This document shows positions 37,016 through 47,533 of a DNA stretch of 64,000 nucleotides, one piece after another. Source of the stretch: Candidatus Saccharimonadota bacterium (GTDB taxonomy: Bacteria; Patescibacteriota; Saccharimonadia; Saccharimonadales; Saccharimonadaceae); NCBI GenBank assembly GCA_027492255.1, contig JAPUFB010000003.1:13889-77888 (forward strand), in the 5' to 3' direction. Position 1 is the first letter of the stretch; each line of letters starts with the position of its first letter. The notes beneath the pieces are model-generated. The model worked only from the letters and a program-made list of their open reading frames with translations, was not told the origin of the DNA and did not search any database. Made by a program: the position numbers and the translations under genes.

Positions 37016-38026
37016 TTATTGTACCGCTAAAGTGATGAGCTTATCAATCAACTCTTTACTGCTTAGCCCAGCTTCTTGCCAAAGTTTCGGATACATACTG
37101 ATATTCGTGAAACCAGGGAGCGCATTTACCTCAATGACATGCGGCACATCATCCTCGAGCATGTAATCGATACGCGCCATGCCCGTACATCCAAGTACCT
37201 CAAATGCTTTATGTGATATACCGCGAATCTTCTGTTCGATTTCGGGATCGAGGTCAGCGTGTGATACTACTTGCGATGTACTATTGGGTGAATACTTGTC
37301 GTCATAATCATAAAATTCTGCACCGCTAATAATCTCACCTATTCCGCTGACGAGATGTTCGGGTGGATTGCCAAGTACGGCCGTTTCAAGTTCACGACCA
37401 CTCACGGCTCGCTCAATTAATACGCGGTCATCATGTTCAAGCGCTCCTTTGATTGCGGGAAGAAATTCAGATTTATCATGCACCTTGCTTACGCCAACTG
37501 AACTCCCAGATCGTGCGGGTTTCACGAACAGTATTCTCCCAAGTGTTTCTGAAACATCTTTATAGTCCGGTAACTGATTACCTTGACGATGGACGATATG
37601 CTCAACAGTCCTAATACCATTTGCTTCGAGTATCTGCTTCGTAAGCACCTTGTCCATACAGACAGCGCTCGCAGTGTTATCGCAACCAACAATAGGAATA
37701 TGTAGTAGATCAGCCATACCCTGTACCGTGCCGTCTTCGCCATTTTTGCCGTGCAGAACTGGAAAGATAACATCAACCACAATCTCACGTTTTGTCTTGC
37801 TAGTGAGAAATTTCCTTTGACCTAAGACAGGCATCAGCTCTTCACTATTGTCTTGATCGTCGCTCACGCGATCCGTGAGCCAACATCGTCCATCACGATC
37901 TATATAGCAACGCGTAATATCATATTTTGCAGTATCAAGCGCTGCACTCACATTTGTCGCACTCTTTATCGAAATTTCATGCTCAGTTGACTCGCCGCCA
38001 AAGACTAATAGGACTCGTTTATTCAT
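37016..38026 (-). CDS. ddl: D-alanine--D-alanine ligase
   Basis: ORF 37016..38089 (GTG); the ATG at 38026 gives MNKRVLLVFGGESTEHEISI..., the typical Ddl N-terminus. ATP-grasp motifs (FVKPARSGSSVGVSKV, EVNALPGFT). Confidence 0.9.
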   Translation of the reverse strand: MNKRVLLVFGGESTEHEISIKSATNVSAALDTAKYDITRCYIDRDGRCWLTDRVSDDQDNSEELMPVLGQRKFLTSKTKREIVVDVIFPVLHGKNGEDGTVQGMADLLHIPIVGCDNTASAVCMDKVLTKQILEANGIRTVEHIVHRQGNQLPDYKDVSETLGRILFVKPARSGSSVGVSKVHDKSEFLPAIKGALEHDDRVLIERAVSGRELETAVLGNPPEHLVSGIGEIISGAEFYDYDDKYSPNSTSQVVSHADLDPEIEQKIRGISHKAFEVLGCTGMARIDYMLEDDVPHVIEVNALPGFTNISMYPKLWQEAGLSSKELIDKLITLAVQ

Positions 38027-38032
38027 AGTACT

Positions 38033-38040
38033 AGTATACT
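38033..38040. promoter_or_regulatory. palindrome AGTATACT supplying overlapping TATACT -10 boxes for divergent ddl and rarA, each 6 nt from its ATG
   Basis: Plus strand: TATACT at 38035-38040, then 6 nt, then ATG at 38047. Minus strand: TATACT (complement of 38033-38038), then 6 nt, then ATG at 38026. The whole intergenic spacer is 20 bp. Confidence 0.5.
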
Positions 38041-38046
38041 GTATGT

Positions 38047-39207
38047 ATGAATAGCGTGCCGCTTGCGGAGGAGATGAGACCACAGACACTACACGAGGTG
38101 ATTGGACAAAGTCACCTGCTTGCCGATGGGGAGATCTTGAAACAAATCGTCGCCCGAAAAGAACCGGTTAGCCTTATTCTTTGGGGGCCTCCCGGCACTG
38201 GCAAAACAACTCTTGCCCGAATCATTGCCAGCGAGGTTAACGCTGATTTCGTCGAACTCTCAGCTGTCACAGCCGGCAAAAAGGATGTTTTGAAGGTGGT
38301 TGAACATGCACGCCAGAATTGGAACCTTGGTGTCCGAACGATATTATTCGTCGATGAAATCCATCGTTTTAATAAGGCGCAGCAAGATGCATTTTTGCCC
38401 CATGTTGAATCAGGGCTTATCACACTCATCGGTGCAACCACAGAAAATCCAAGCTTTGAAATCATCTCACCACTCCTTAGTCGTTCACGAGTACTTGTCC
38501 TGCAACCACTGGCGAAAATAGAGATTATTGAAGTCATAAAGCGTGCACTTAAACATTTGAAGCAGACGAAAAATGTCACGCCAAAAGCACTGGATTATCT
38601 CGCAGAACTCTCAGGTGGGGATGCCCGTGTCGCCCTTGGTAATCTCGAGCTAGCCCTCAGCCTCGGCGAAAAAGTAACCCCGGAAATTGTCAAAGTCGCC
38701 GCACAAAAACGCGTGCCGGGCTATGACAAAAAAGGTGACATGCATTATGACGTTATATCGGCATTTATTAAAAGTATGCGGGGCAGCGATGTGACCGCAA
38801 CACTCTACTACCTGAGTCGTATGATCGATGCGGGTGAGGATCCGAAATTTATCGCCCGTCGTATGGTTATCTTTGCTAGTGAAGACATCGGACTAGCTGG
38901 CAATGGCGCATTGGCACTGGCAAGTGCGACGTTTCAAGCAATCGAGCGCGTGGGACTTCCTGAGGGTAATTATAGTCTGTATCACTGCGCCACCGCTCTC
39001 GCTCGCTCCCCGAAATCCCGCGAAATAGCCAATCTTATGTTCGGTGCCAAAGAGCTTGCAAAACGTTACCCTGATTCCCGGGTTCCACTTCACCTTCGCA
39101 ATGCCCCAACAAAACTCATGAAGGATCTTGGGTACGGTAAGAATTATGAATGGAAAGCGAACTTCAAACACGCAAAAGGTTTTCTGCCTGACGATATTAC
39201 AATTTAA
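38047..39207 (+). CDS. rarA: replication-associated recombination protein A (AAA+ ATPase)
   Basis: LAEEMRPQTLHEVIGQ, Walker A GPPGTGKTT, Walker B ILFVDEIHRFNK, MgsA C-terminal block DVISAFIKSMRGSD...YYL.RM...GEDP.FIARR. Confidence 0.9.
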   Translation: MNSVPLAEEMRPQTLHEVIGQSHLLADGEILKQIVARKEPVSLILWGPPGTGKTTLARIIASEVNADFVELSAVTAGKKDVLKVVEHARQNWNLGVRTILFVDEIHRFNKAQQDAFLPHVESGLITLIGATTENPSFEIISPLLSRSRVLVLQPLAKIEIIEVIKRALKHLKQTKNVTPKALDYLAELSGGDARVALGNLELALSLGEKVTPEIVKVAAQKRVPGYDKKGDMHYDVISAFIKSMRGSDVTATLYYLSRMIDAGEDPKFIARRMVIFASEDIGLAGNGALALASATFQAIERVGLPEGNYSLYHCATALARSPKSREIANLMFGAKELAKRYPDSRVPLHLRNAPTKLMKDLGYGKNYEWKANFKHAKGFLPDDITI

Positions 39208-39746
39208 AACGAATCGATATTACGTAGCACATCAAGGACTGGCTTAAAATTATCGCTATGCATCATCGTTAAACAGTTCCCCCGCGCCGTATACACAACT
39301 GCCGTTGAGCCGTCACTCAAAACTTTTTCAAACTGTTTTTCGTAATGTTTTGTTTCATACGCTGCACTGTCCTGCCCGATCGCAATCGTGATAGGTAGCG
39401 TCGAATAACAATTCATACCTGACGCCGTGTCAGGACTACCGATGTATAAGGTACGACTAGTGCTACTTGTCATATAAATAAACTTACTCGCAACCGTACT
39501 ATCATATGGCAGGGAAACATTTACTTCCGGAAAGTACAATTTCTTTGAACCAGCGTCGAATGCAGGCCGTGCATACATCGTGTAGAGCGCTTTTGTTACC
39601 TCGCCAGTCCCGCCCTCGTTAAAGCGTTCGAGACTTTTCACTCTTGTCCATAAAATTAATGAGACTACGGTAAGCGCAAGCACCGCAACGAGCATCAAGA
39701 AATTAAACATGCTCAGTGTAGGACGAATTGATTGTGATTTTGCCAA
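39204..39746 (-). CDS. membrane-anchored hypothetical protein
   Basis: 180 aa, TTG start 7 nt after AAGGAG, one N-terminal TM segment. Confidence 0.5.
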   Translation of the reverse strand: MAKSQSIRPTLSMFNFLMLVAVLALTVVSLILWTRVKSLERFNEGGTGEVTKALYTMYARPAFDAGSKKLYFPEVNVSLPYDSTVASKFIYMTSSTSRTLYIGSPDTASGMNCYSTLPITIAIGQDSAAYETKHYEKQFEKVLSDGSTAVVYTARGNCLTMMHSDNFKPVLDVLRNIDSF

Positions 39747-39788
39747 GAAGGTTCTCCTTAATTTATAATGTTATTGCTTACTATACGC

Positions 39789-41345
39789 TTATTTGACGCT
39801 GATAACGATACCTTCATATGGCGCGAGATGAATTTTTTCTTGGTGCGTGCGAATTCGTGATCGAGTGGAAAATAGAACCGGGTATGAGCCGTGATGAATC
39901 ATCCGATACTCACTCGAAAAATTCAATATAATTCGATAGGTTTTGTTCTGAAGTGTCCGCTCATACATCAACACATCATCGTCATGGGATACGAGTGCAA
40001 ATGCACCGCTACGCAGAGTTTCCTCGTTCGCGCGCAGGGTAAATAATTTCTTATACAAAGCCCAAAATGACCGCTGGCTCTTCTGTTCATTTTTGGCATT
40101 GAACCGTTTATACGTTTTGCCAATTGGCAACCAGGATTCTACTTCACTAAACCCGGCATGAGCCGATGCATCCCATTGCATAGGCGTCCGTTCTGGGTCT
40201 CGCCCGCCCATATCACTGCCTTCACTAAACCCATCTTTCCTGACCTTGATCGGTACATTGCGCATACCGATTTCTTCGCCGTAATACACACTTGGAATTC
40301 CCGGTAACGTCAGTTGCAGCATAGCGATAAGCCTGGATTGCTTGTAACCAAACCGGCTAATGATACGCGGTTGATCGTGATTCCCAAAACAAAATATTGG
40401 CAATGCGCCCATAGGCAGGACGGCGAGATATTCTTCGATTTTCTTACCAAAGTTTTCAGCGCCCCATTCGGTATGAAGTCCTTCGAAATAGAACGGTGAG
40501 GCAAACTTTGGACTTACTTCATGAATCATCTTGAGCTGGTCATTCATATTACCGAGCATGCCGTCGGGATAATACTCAAAGGCCACGAAACGATCCGTAT
40601 ACTCGGCAGCGACACTGGCGATATCGCTCAAATACTCTTTAAGTCGTGGACCATTTTTAGAATTTGAATGCACGTAAGCACCGAATTCATCAGGTGAACC
40701 GTGGTGCTCAGGATTTGTTGGATCATCGATCAAGTCTGGATGTTTCGAAAGTACCCACACTGCATCGACTCTAAACCCGTCAACGCCCATATCAAACCAA
40801 AATCGCATCACATCTTTGATCTCGGCTCGGACTTTGGGGTTTTCCCAATTGAGATCTGGTTGTGAATCCATAAACGAGTGGAGGAAATATTGCTTGGTCG
40901 TCTCATCGTACATCCACGATGAACCTCCGGCCAAACTCACCCAATTGTTCGGTTGGTCACGCCACACATAATAGTCACGCTTCGAATTAGTCTTCGAACT
41001 ACGGGCTTCTTTGAACCACTCATGCTGGTCGGAGGTATGGTTCGGTACGAGGTCGATCATCACCTTTATGCCGCATGCATGCGCGCGCGACAACATGTTT
41101 TGAAAGATTTTGAGTGACCCATACACTGGATCAATATCTCGATAATCGCTAATATCATAGCCAAAATCTTTTTGTGGAGAGGGATAAAATGGCGACAACC
41201 ATACGACGTCAACACCAAGTTTTTGTAAGTATGGCAATCGGCGTGTGATACCTTTTAAGTCACCAATACCATCATGATTGGTATCCTGAAAACTGCGCGG
41301 ATAAATCTGATAAATTGCCGAAACATCACGCCATGTTTTTGTCAT
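39789..41345 (-). CDS. GH13 alpha-glucosidase / oligo-1,6-glucosidase family (paralog 2)
   Basis: IYQIYPRSFQDTN.DGIGDL, DLVPNHTS, GFRVDAV, YFEG, FGNHDQPR: the four GH13 conserved regions. Confidence 0.85.
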   Translation of the reverse strand: MTKTWRDVSAIYQIYPRSFQDTNHDGIGDLKGITRRLPYLQKLGVDVVWLSPFYPSPQKDFGYDISDYRDIDPVYGSLKIFQNMLSRAHACGIKVMIDLVPNHTSDQHEWFKEARSSKTNSKRDYYVWRDQPNNWVSLAGGSSWMYDETTKQYFLHSFMDSQPDLNWENPKVRAEIKDVMRFWFDMGVDGFRVDAVWVLSKHPDLIDDPTNPEHHGSPDEFGAYVHSNSKNGPRLKEYLSDIASVAAEYTDRFVAFEYYPDGMLGNMNDQLKMIHEVSPKFASPFYFEGLHTEWGAENFGKKIEEYLAVLPMGALPIFCFGNHDQPRIISRFGYKQSRLIAMLQLTLPGIPSVYYGEEIGMRNVPIKVRKDGFSEGSDMGGRDPERTPMQWDASAHAGFSEVESWLPIGKTYKRFNAKNEQKSQRSFWALYKKLFTLRANEETLRSGAFALVSHDDDVLMYERTLQNKTYRIILNFSSEYRMIHHGSYPVLFSTRSRIRTHQEKIHLAPYEGIVISVK

Positions 41346-42946
41346 AGTGCGATAACTACTCCCTCATACGGCCCAAGTACAATACCCGTTACCGGTGCTT
41401 TTACCGGCTTGCGTGAGGGTGCAGTGAAACAAATTATTTCTGAATTTTTTGGTACTTTGACCGTACGATACCAGCGGGAAAAATTGAGCGCCACCATGTA
41501 ACGACCGTCTGCATGGCGACGCTCGTATACGAGTACGTCACGGCGTCCGTCATTGCTAATTTCTTGGTAGTCACCCTTAATCATCGTTTCGTCTTTATTA
41601 CGGAGTGTTAATAACTGTCGATACAGGTTATACATAGAATTCTTATTCTTCATCTGCGCCTCAACATTGTAGCGGCGATAGTTCTTTGAAAGAGGCAGCC
41701 ACGGCTCAGCAGGCGTAAACCCTCCGTGCTTCTTTGCATTCCACTGCATCGGTGTCCGCTCAGGATCACGTCCACCCATCGGATTTTCAGCACTAGCTGG
41801 GTCCTGTCGTTTCTCTGGTGGAATATGAACATTTTCCATAGCGATCTCGTCACCGTAATAAATCGCTGGAATACCCGGAAGTGTGAGAAGTAGCATTGCG
41901 ATAAGCCGCGCTTGTTTGCGACCAAAACGCGAAACGATGCGTGACTGGTCATGATTTGAAAAACAATATGCAGGACGATCGCCTGTACGAAGCATGTCCT
42001 GAAAATTTCGTACATAATCACCCATCGGTTTTGCGCCCCATGGAAGGAACATTCCTCCAAAGTTAAAGGGCAGTCCAATACGAGCGTTCACATCGTACAT
42101 GGAATAAAATTGGTCGTTGATAGATAGTCCAATTTCACCGTCCGGCATAAGCTCGTAAAACATTATCTTGTCTGGATAATTTTCGACTGTATTCGTTAAT
42201 TCACGCAAATAGTCGTGCATGTTTGGAAGCAACTTACTATATTTGCGAATACATGAATCATAGGTTCCTGGAGGTCCGATGTAATTTGGATTCGCTGGTT
42301 CATCAGGAAATGTATAGTCTTTGCCAAGATGACTAACTGCATCAACCCTAAATCCGTCAACGCCAAGATCAAGCCAAAACTCGAGTGATTTTTTCATTTC
42401 TTCGCGCACAGCTGGGTTTTCCCAATTTAAGTCAGGTTGCTCCTTGAGGAATGTGTGGCAGTAGTATTGGCCACTTTTTTGGTCATATTCCCACATAGAG
42501 CCACCAAATATACTTACCCAGTTATTTGGAACTCCGCCGTCCTTCGGATCATGCCAGATATAAAAATCGCGGTATTTACTATCCCGACCTTTTAGAGCGT
42601 CTTGAAACCATGGATGCTGATCTGATGTGTGATTGGGGACGAAATCGATCACAACTTTAAGACCGTGGTCATGGGCATTATCAAGTACTTCTTTAAACTC
42701 TTCGAGCGTTCCGAAGAGTGGATGGATATTGTTATAGTCACTAACATCATAGCCAAAATCCGCCATTGGCGAGGGGTAAAATGGCGAGATCCATACCGCG
42801 TCAACACCGAGCGCTTTGTGACGGCCGCGCAAATATTCAATCTGCTGTGCGATACCCTTAAGATCACCGACGCCATCTCCGTCTGTATCTTTAAAACTTC
42901 GTGGATAAATCTGGTAGAGTGCGTTGACGTTGGCCCAAGTTTTCAT
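41342..42946 (-). CDS. GH13 alpha-glucosidase / oligo-1,6-glucosidase family (paralog 1)
   Basis: LYQIYPRSFKDTDGDGVGDL, DFVPNHTS, GFRVDAV, FSNHDQSR. 4-nt overlap with paralog 2. Confidence 0.85.
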   Translation of the reverse strand: MKTWANVNALYQIYPRSFKDTDGDGVGDLKGIAQQIEYLRGRHKALGVDAVWISPFYPSPMADFGYDVSDYNNIHPLFGTLEEFKEVLDNAHDHGLKVVIDFVPNHTSDQHPWFQDALKGRDSKYRDFYIWHDPKDGGVPNNWVSIFGGSMWEYDQKSGQYYCHTFLKEQPDLNWENPAVREEMKKSLEFWLDLGVDGFRVDAVSHLGKDYTFPDEPANPNYIGPPGTYDSCIRKYSKLLPNMHDYLRELTNTVENYPDKIMFYELMPDGEIGLSINDQFYSMYDVNARIGLPFNFGGMFLPWGAKPMGDYVRNFQDMLRTGDRPAYCFSNHDQSRIVSRFGRKQARLIAMLLLTLPGIPAIYYGDEIAMENVHIPPEKRQDPASAENPMGGRDPERTPMQWNAKKHGGFTPAEPWLPLSKNYRRYNVEAQMKNKNSMYNLYRQLLTLRNKDETMIKGDYQEISNDGRRDVLVYERRHADGRYMVALNFSRWYRTVKVPKNSEIICFTAPSRKPVKAPVTGIVLGPYEGVVIAL

Positions 42947-43064
42947 GTATTACCCTCATTTTGCTGTTTGTCTATATACTATTTACTAAAAGTATACAGT
43001 ATCGCTAGGGGGAAATATAGCTAAAATTTCAGCTCGCCACATCCGTATTATTGCCAAATTATTA

Positions 43065-43787
43065 TTGGTGATATTTGTTGCGCTTGTTGGTATGACAGAG
43101 CTACAGCAATCCCAGCTTAATAAGAGTGATGACTCGTATAGCAACTTACCGAACGCAGGGTCGTCTAAGGCTGCGGAGGCACTCGCGCAACTACCTATAA
43201 AAGGGCGTGCACCAAAGACTGGATATACGCGTAGTCAATTTTCAGAAGGATGGGATTCGGTACCAGGCTGTGATATTCGCAACCTAGTGCTTGCCCGTGA
43301 TCTGACGCAGGTTACCTTTTTGCAAGGTACGTGTAAGGTAACCAAGGGGCTTCTGCAGGATCCCTATACTGGAGTCGAAATTAGTTTCCTACGAGGGCAA
43401 AATACGAGTGATACTATCCAGATAGATCATGTTGTTGCGCTTAGTGATGCCTGGCAAAAGGGAGCTCAACTACTGTCGTATGAACGTCGTCACGCGCTCG
43501 CGAATGACGAACTAGATTTATTAGCCGTCGATGGTACGGCAAACAATATTAAGGGCGATGGCGATGCGGCAACCTGGCTGCCAAAAAATAAAATATTCCG
43601 CTGTGCCTATGTCGCACGACAGATTGCTGTAAAGAAAAAATATTCCCTCTGGGTCACGCGAAGTGAATACGATGCAATAGCAAACGTACTAAACGCTTGT
43701 CCTGACCAGCCGCTTCCTGACGACGGCGCCGCAATTCTTGCGCCACATGCGCTTCAAACCCAAATACCAGGAAGCGTCACCAATTAA
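43065..43787 (+). CDS. extracytoplasmic HNH/DUF1524-type nuclease
   Basis: IQIDHVVALSDAWQKGA ... DGTANNIKGDGDAATWLP. The TTG start is uncertain; the reading frame is open from 42990 and encodes more of a hydrophobic anchor. Confidence 0.6.
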   Translation: MVIFVALVGMTELQQSQLNKSDDSYSNLPNAGSSKAAEALAQLPIKGRAPKTGYTRSQFSEGWDSVPGCDIRNLVLARDLTQVTFLQGTCKVTKGLLQDPYTGVEISFLRGQNTSDTIQIDHVVALSDAWQKGAQLLSYERRHALANDELDLLAVDGTANNIKGDGDAATWLPKNKIFRCAYVARQIAVKKKYSLWVTRSEYDAIANVLNACPDQPLPDDGAAILAPHALQTQIPGSVTN

Positions 43788-44466
43788 TGGTCAGGGATTT
43801 ATAAAAGAAGCCTGTATACTCCTCTACGGCTTGTATAATCTCGCGTGTTCCCGGAGATAATACGAGACTAGGAATTTCATCGAGATCTATCCATTGTACT
43901 TTTGTGTGCGTCACATCATTGGGTTTCATATCAACTTTAAATATATGCGCAAGAGTGTGTGACGCCGTTTGGCCATCAATTTCTGCTATAAATTCAATCA
44001 CTCCGCAGTGTTCTATAGCTTGGGGAGGTTTATCACTCAGGTACCCTGCCTCTCTCAGCGCTGCCGCTTCAACCGATACGTCATCATAGTGAACCTTCCC
44101 GCTCGGTAGTGACCATGATCCGATGAATGGCTGTTTATATTTTGGCCATAACCATATATGGTTATCGTTGATAATTATAAGCATTGTTAATAGCTTTGGT
44201 TGCCAGCGTGGTTCAAATGTCTCAAGACTCACATGATCAACAAACCTCATACCAGCAGCACTCAGTCTGTATCCCCTCGCGGGATCGTGCTCAATATATT
44301 CTTCTTTCACGAGTCGTTTAAGATGATAATTATATAAATTACTATCAACATTTTCTGGCCTCATTTTGCTAAATTTTACCCACTCCGCATAGGTAAGAAC
44401 ACGTAATATATGCTTTCGAATAAAATGCATGTCAGGCGTTAATTTCATATCATCAGTATAAATCAA
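43777..44466 (-). CDS. winged-helix plus NUDIX-fold protein (Nudix box degenerate)
   Basis: WSLPSGKVHYDDVSVEAAALREAGY approximates Gx5Ex7REUxEExGU but lacks the EE pair. The N-terminal ~90 aa look like a wHTH. Confidence 0.45.
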   Translation of the reverse strand: MIYTDDMKLTPDMHFIRKHILRVLTYAEWVKFSKMRPENVDSNLYNYHLKRLVKEEYIEHDPARGYRLSAAGMRFVDHVSLETFEPRWQPKLLTMLIIINDNHIWLWPKYKQPFIGSWSLPSGKVHYDDVSVEAAALREAGYLSDKPPQAIEHCGVIEFIAEIDGQTASHTLAHIFKVDMKPNDVTHTKVQWIDLDEIPSLVLSPGTREIIQAVEEYTGFFYKSLTINW

Positions 44467-44556
44467 TTTGAGTCAAAACATACTCACTATTTATTGGTTA
44501 CCATTGCCAATATACTGCTAGTGTAATCTTAAAAGGCTCGAAAGGAGCAGTCTGCA

Positions 44557-45264
44557 ATGAGCGTACAACATAGTCCGCATAGTGCTGAATTTGACCAAAT
44601 ATATCGTCATGAGACAGCTCACGAAACTGCGTTCAAAATTGAGCGCGATGCTATCAATCTAGCTGATGTCGCCATGCGTTTCGCTGCAATAGATCGTATC
44701 CCCCGCTACTCAGCTGAAACACGAGAAAATGATGCTGAACACAGTTTCATGTTAGGACTTGTTGCACAGGAAGTCGCAACAGCATATTTTCCAGAGTTAG
44801 ATTCGGGGCTCGTTGCTCGCTTTGCGCTCGTGCATGATTTAGTTGAACTTGAAGTCGGTGATGTCGCCACGTTTGCTATTACCGCCTCCGAACTAAGGGA
44901 TAAGAGGGTTGCCGAATATACCGCTCTCGAAGCCTTGTGTGAGCGATTACCTAAGCATACGGCATTACTACTGCGTGCATATGAAGAACAAGATATACCA
45001 GAAGCGCGTTTCGTACGATTCGTCGATAAGATGATGCCTGTACTTGTTGACATTCTCGGCCACGGGTGTCAAGTCATGCATGAAGATTATGCAACTTTTA
45101 CTCACGAGCAACTATCGGAGGCACAAGACGCATTAAAGACTCGTTTCGAACAAATGTTTCCAGAACCAGAACTTGCATCAATCCATCTGGCACGCAATGG
45201 TCTTGCTCGTCGTTTCAGGGAATGTTTTACTCCTCTAGTTGAGGAACAAGATACGTTATTCTAG
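44557..45264 (+). CDS. HD-domain phosphohydrolase (YfbR-like)
   Basis: ENDAEHSFML ... LVHDLVELEVGD gives the H...HD...D pattern. AAAGGAG is the SD. Confidence 0.6.
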   Translation: MSVQHSPHSAEFDQIYRHETAHETAFKIERDAINLADVAMRFAAIDRIPRYSAETRENDAEHSFMLGLVAQEVATAYFPELDSGLVARFALVHDLVELEVGDVATFAITASELRDKRVAEYTALEALCERLPKHTALLLRAYEEQDIPEARFVRFVDKMMPVLVDILGHGCQVMHEDYATFTHEQLSEAQDALKTRFEQMFPEPELASIHLARNGLARRFRECFTPLVEEQDTLF

Positions 45265-47078
45265 TTCTTGGCGCGTTTTCGCTCGGTTGGATCAAGGTAG
45301 CGCTTGCGGAGACGAAGATTTTTCGGCGTCACTTCAAGCAGTTCATCGTCATTCAAAAAGTCGATACATTGTTCAAGGCTATAGTTCGTGAACGGCGTGA
45401 GCTGAACAACACCATCGCTTGAGCTGCTGCGCATATTCGTAAGATGTTTTGCCTTACAGACATTAATTTCCATATCTTCTTGGCGACGATTAATGCCGAT
45501 GATCATGCCGGCATAGACTTCAACGCCTGGACCAACGAGAAGCTCTCCACGACTCTCGGTGTTTTCGAGTGCATATGGCGTCGTTGTACCAGCTTCAAAT
45601 GATATCAGTGCACCATTTCGTGTCGACGCAAGACGCGGACCCAGTGCTTGGTACCCGTGCGGCAAGCTGTGCATAATAATCGTTCCCTTAGTGTCAGTCA
45701 AAAGCGAGTTTCGAAGCCCGATAAGTGCCCTGGTCGTAATAATGTAGAGCATACGGGAAAGTCCGGCACTTGTTTGTTCCTGTTTTACAAGTTCCGCTCG
45801 ACGAAGACCAAGTTCTTGACTAACAACACCGACAAATTCCGGCGCGATTTCAATAAGCAGTTCTTCAACAGGCTCTTTCTCTTGCCCATCTTCAGTGATA
45901 GTTACGACCTGTGGTCGACCAACTTCAAATTCATAGCCTTCACGGCGCATTTCCTCGATAAGTACAGAAAGATGAAGTTCACCGCGACCAGAAATAACGA
46001 ATCCAATACCCTCATCACGAACTGTCAGGGCAACATTTGTCTCAAGCTCGCGCTGCAATCGGTCACTCAGCTGGCGTGAGGTACTAAAATCACCCTCTCG
46101 ACCCTTCATCGGGCTTGTATTAGGACCAAGATACATACTAATGGTTGGTGCTTCAACCTTGATAACAGGTAGTGCCTCAGGATTCTCTCGCCCTGCAACC
46201 GTATCGCCAATATGAGCTTGTGCGATACCAGTCAGCGCAACAATATCGCCACTCCCCGCATCTTCGACTTCTTCACGGCCAAGTCCGCGTGAACTAAAGA
46301 CTTTATCAATTTTTGAATTAATCAAACTTCCGTCTGCTTTCATGAGAACGATTGGCATATTTTTAGCGACCGAGCCGCGTTCGATACGGCCAATTGCATA
46401 CTTGCCGAGGAAACTGTCGTGCTGAAGCGCAGCAACGACCAATTGCAAACTACCCTCTTTGGCAATTGGCGGATCAATATCGGTAGTAATCGCTTCGAAG
46501 ATAGGTGTAAGATCGGCTGCTTTATCGACGTTCTCTGGCATTTCTTTCCACGCCTTTCCTTCGCGGGCAATGGCAAAGTAGACAGGATAGTGTAGTTGGC
46601 TTTCATGGGTTGCGAGCTCAAGGAATAGATCGGCTAACTCATCTTCTACCTCATCGATACGGCGGGCAGGCTTGTCGATTTTATTAATAACCACTACCGG
46701 GCGAAGACCTAGTTCAAGTGCTTTACTGAGGACAAATTTTGTCTGAGGCATCGGTCCTTCCTGAGCATCAACGACGAGCAAGACACCGTCCGCCATATTG
46801 AGCGTGCGTTCAACCTCACCACTAAAGTCGGCGTGTCCTGGAGTATCAATAATATTAATTTTAAAATCATTCCAGAAAATCGTTGTCTGCTTGGCAGTGA
46901 TCGTGATACCACGCTCTCGCTCCTGATCACCACTATCCATGATAAGTGTCTGCCCCATCTCGGCTTGATTATCACGAAAAGTATTTGACTGTTTTAAAAG
47001 ACCGTCCACCAAGGTTGTCTTACCGTGGTCGACGTGAGCAATAATTGCAATATTTCGGATTCTACTTGTATCTGTCAT
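45261..47078 (-). CDS. typA: translational GTPase TypA/BipA
   Basis: [32 protein letters not shown]; 605 aa with an EF-G-like domain order. Confidence 0.95.
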   Translation of the reverse strand: MTDTSRIRNIAIIAHVDHGKTTLVDGLLKQSNTFRDNQAEMGQTLIMDSGDQERERGITITAKQTTIFWNDFKINIIDTPGHADFSGEVERTLNMADGVLLVVDAQEGPMPQTKFVLSKALELGLRPVVVINKIDKPARRIDEVEDELADLFLELATHESQLHYPVYFAIAREGKAWKEMPENVDKAADLTPIFEAITTDIDPPIAKEGSLQLVVAALQHDSFLGKYAIGRIERGSVAKNMPIVLMKADGSLINSKIDKVFSSRGLGREEVEDAGSGDIVALTGIAQAHIGDTVAGRENPEALPVIKVEAPTISMYLGPNTSPMKGREGDFSTSRQLSDRLQRELETNVALTVRDEGIGFVISGRGELHLSVLIEEMRREGYEFEVGRPQVVTITEDGQEKEPVEELLIEIAPEFVGVVSQELGLRRAELVKQEQTSAGLSRMLYIITTRALIGLRNSLLTDTKGTIIMHSLPHGYQALGPRLASTRNGALISFEAGTTTPYALENTESRGELLVGPGVEVYAGMIIGINRRQEDMEINVCKAKHLTNMRSSSSDGVVQLTPFTNYSLEQCIDFLNDDELLEVTPKNLRLRKRYLDPTERKRAKN

Positions 47079-47157
47079 AAAAAATAAGCCGTATTTGTGG
47101 CTTCCTCTTGTATGAATTATAGCATGGAGTAGTATTCTTCGCTAGTAGCAGGGAGAG

Positions 47158-47352
47158 TTAAGTTCTTTGTGATTTTATTTTCACAAATGCAAGTCTTGCA
47201 AGTTGACGCCTACGTAAGCGTGGACTAGGAATTAATCTTCCCTCTCCTGCTGTTTCCATTAAAAATGCATTTTCCTCAATTGCCCTATCTCGAGCATTGT
47301 CGGCTTCTCTGTTACGCTGTTCTTGGGCTGAAATGTCGATAGGTTTATTCAT
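47158..47352 (-). CDS. small hypothetical protein (64 aa)
   Basis: ORF 47158..47403 runs into the tRNA. The ATG at 47352, 7 nt after AAAGGA, gives MNKPIDISAQEQRNREADNARDRAIEEN...; charged and helical. Confidence 0.35.
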   Translation of the reverse strand: MNKPIDISAQEQRNREADNARDRAIEENAFLMETAGEGRLIPSPRLRRRQLARLAFVKIKSQRT

Positions 47353-47367
47353 TTGAAATCCTTTATT

Positions 47368-47444
47368 TGGTGGGGAATACAGGGCTTGAACCTGTGACCT
47401 CACGAATGTGAATCGTGCGCTCTAGCCAACTGAGCTAATTCCCC
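47368..47444 (-). tRNA. tRNA-Val (anticodon CAC)
   Basis: Acceptor GGGGAAT/ATTCCCC, anticodon stem CACGA/TCGTG, loop TTCACAT, T-loop TTCAAGC. CCA is encoded; 77 nt. Confidence 0.9.
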
Positions 47445-47533
47445 GTGGCTGATATAGATAGAGGGTGCGATATGCGGTATTAGCTTAAAGCGAAGCTGGC
47501 TAGAGCGTGCGCGCTTTATTCGCTGAAGGCTCT

